A DNA stretch of 64,000 nucleotides from a virus: IMG/VR virus record IMGVR_UViG_3300045988_132703; one strand, written 5' to 3'. The notes beneath the pieces were generated by a model, which was not told where the DNA came from, did not search any database, and was given only the letters and a program-made list of their open reading frames with translations. How positions within the stretch are numbered: position 1 is the first letter of the stretch; each line of letters begins with the position of its first letter. Of the stretch, positions 63,501 to 64,000 are shown one piece after another. Both the position numbers and the translations under genes were made by a program.

Positions 63501-63843
63501 GTCAACCGTTCAAACCAACTGCAAACTGATAATCTTTTGATGTAAATTTACCGCCAGTATGCGCATGAGAATAAATAGCTTCAAGAACATTTTCGCCATT
63601 TTCTCTTGTTCCAAAAGGAACTCCACGCCCATAATCTCTTACAGAAATGTAATTATCAGGATAAAGTACAATTTCAATTTTATTACCAAATCCCATAATA
63701 AATTCGTCAATTGAATTAGAAATAATTTCTTGGATGCCGTTGTACACGCCTTCCATATCGTTGGAACCAAGATACATCGGGATTCTCATACGAACAGCTT
63801 CCTTAAATTGAAGCGTTTCGATAGAGTTTATATCATAACTCAT
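60590..63843 (-). CDS. type IIA topoisomerase subunit B (GyrB/ParE-like), 4 exons / 3 introns (619 aa)
   Basis: Exons are 63505..63843, 61613..62596, 61231..61380 and 60590..60976, summing to 1860 nt. The spliced product reads ...AVRMRIPMYLGS...HTGGKF...AVGLNG|IGAKATCLSS...LLIVEGNSAAAAMAIARDEKHYGILAIRG|KIINCLS...ENEEIKLLLSAM...LRYGRIAICSDAD|SDGYHIGLL... Confidence 0.8.
60977..61230 (-). mobile_element. group I intron topoB-c (family II)
   Basis: P1 is GCGGAT|TAACCAAAAGTTGAGTCCGC. It is nearly identical in its core blocks to recJ-b. It ends ...GGGTATAAATG. Confidence 0.8.
61381..61612 (-). mobile_element. group I intron topoB-i (family III)
   Basis: It follows ATTAGGGGT. Core blocks are GCGGCTAACGGGGAAACC, GGCAATCCCGTGGGAAT, GTATCGACTAGATGCC and AGATAGTCAGCACC, with a P9 hairpin CCATTAGAAATAATGG. 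It ends ATTACGCG, and splicing gives RG|KIINCLS. Confidence 0.7.
62597..63504 (-). mobile_element. group I intron topoB-d (family II) carrying an HNH-AP2 endonuclease gene
   Basis: P1 is GAACGGT|...GCTGTTC with a U.G. The 5' half has TTAATTGCGGGAAATTCCTTAGAGC, GGCGTTCAGTAACGGGAACGGTATAG and CTAACGCAGCTAAGC. The 3' half has GGAATTAACGACTCT and GATATAGTCTATTCTC. It ends ...TATTTAAG. Confidence 0.75.
62683..63321 (-). CDS. intron-encoded HNH endonuclease with AP2-like DNA-binding region (212 aa)
   Basis: The track ORF has [40 protein letters not shown] (HNH) and [19 protein letters not shown]... (AP2-like). Confidence 0.75.
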   Translation of the reverse strand: [212 protein letters not shown]

Positions 63844-63864
63844 TTTATCACTCCTTTTACATAT

Positions 63865-63893
63865 ATTATATCACATAATAGAAAAGAAGTCAA
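63865..63893 (-). promoter_or_regulatory. promoter TTGACT-17-TATAAT for the topoisomerase operon
   Basis: The plus strand shows ATTATA 63865-63870 and AGTCAA 63888-63893. The -35 lies inside the 3' arm of the hairpin at 63885-63913. Confidence 0.65.
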
Positions 63894-63913
63894 GAAATAA
63901 TATCTTGACTTCT
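63885..63913 (-). terminator. terminator-like hairpin overlapping the promoter
   Basis: On the minus strand, AGAAGTCAAGA-TATTATT-TCTTGACTTCT is followed by TTTCT. Confidence 0.5.
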
Positions 63914-64000
63914 GAAAGTAGTTATTTTCTTTTTAATTCTTTAAAAATTAAATTATTTGGAAGAAAATTTCTACAAATGTAGATGCTCCCAAATGACGCA

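Noticed and set aside
43054-63843. The fragmented polymerase, topoisomerase, helicase and RecJ ORFs might be pseudogenes, split genes or intein-containing genes.
   Set aside because: The inserts are not in frame with the flanking exons, so they are not inteins. They carry conserved group I core blocks with U.G/terminal-G boundaries. Removing them restores conserved motifs in frame in every case.

Overview
This window is an AT-rich segment of about 64 kb from a tailed dsDNA phage genome. The host is probably a low-GC Gram-positive bacterium, judged from the TTGACA-17-TATAAT promoters and GGAGG-type ribosome binding sites. The tail is probably long and non-contractile, because there is a 2320-codon tape measure gene and no sheath gene. 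There are three modules. (1) 1-7.4 kb is a leftward array of about 18 tiny early genes, most with their own copy of a near-identical promoter and leader, separated by a recurring GCCCGGGC / AGTTAG-N6-CTAACT motif. (2) 7.7-40.3 kb is a rightward module: terminase, portal, scaffold, capsid, connectors, tail tube, tape measure, tail tip, and small late genes. (3) 40.3-63.9 kb is a leftward replication and recombination module: RuvC-like resolvase, dUTPase, PolIII alpha, RecJ-like exonuclease, primase, DnaB-like helicase, ATPase, SSB-like protein, and type IIA topoisomerase B and A subunits. Several things stand out. (a) TAG is used as a sense codon, best read as Gln, in modules 2 and 3, while the early block has no in-frame TAG and one early gene stops at TAG. 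(b) I count 16 group I introns in five sequence families, about 6.3 kb by my boundary calls. They split terL (6 introns, with exons as short as 21, 39 and 40 nt), PolIII alpha (3), topo-B (3), topo-A (2), recJ (1) and dnaB (1). Three of them carry HNH homing endonuclease genes. (c) The PolIII alpha gene needs a frame change at a TCT-TAG...TCT site, which looks like a short translational bypass or a +1 shift. All intron boundaries, functional calls and the Gln assignment were made by eye from motifs and reading-frame continuity. No searches were run. I did not recognise any tRNA, integrase, CRISPR array or endolysin in the window.
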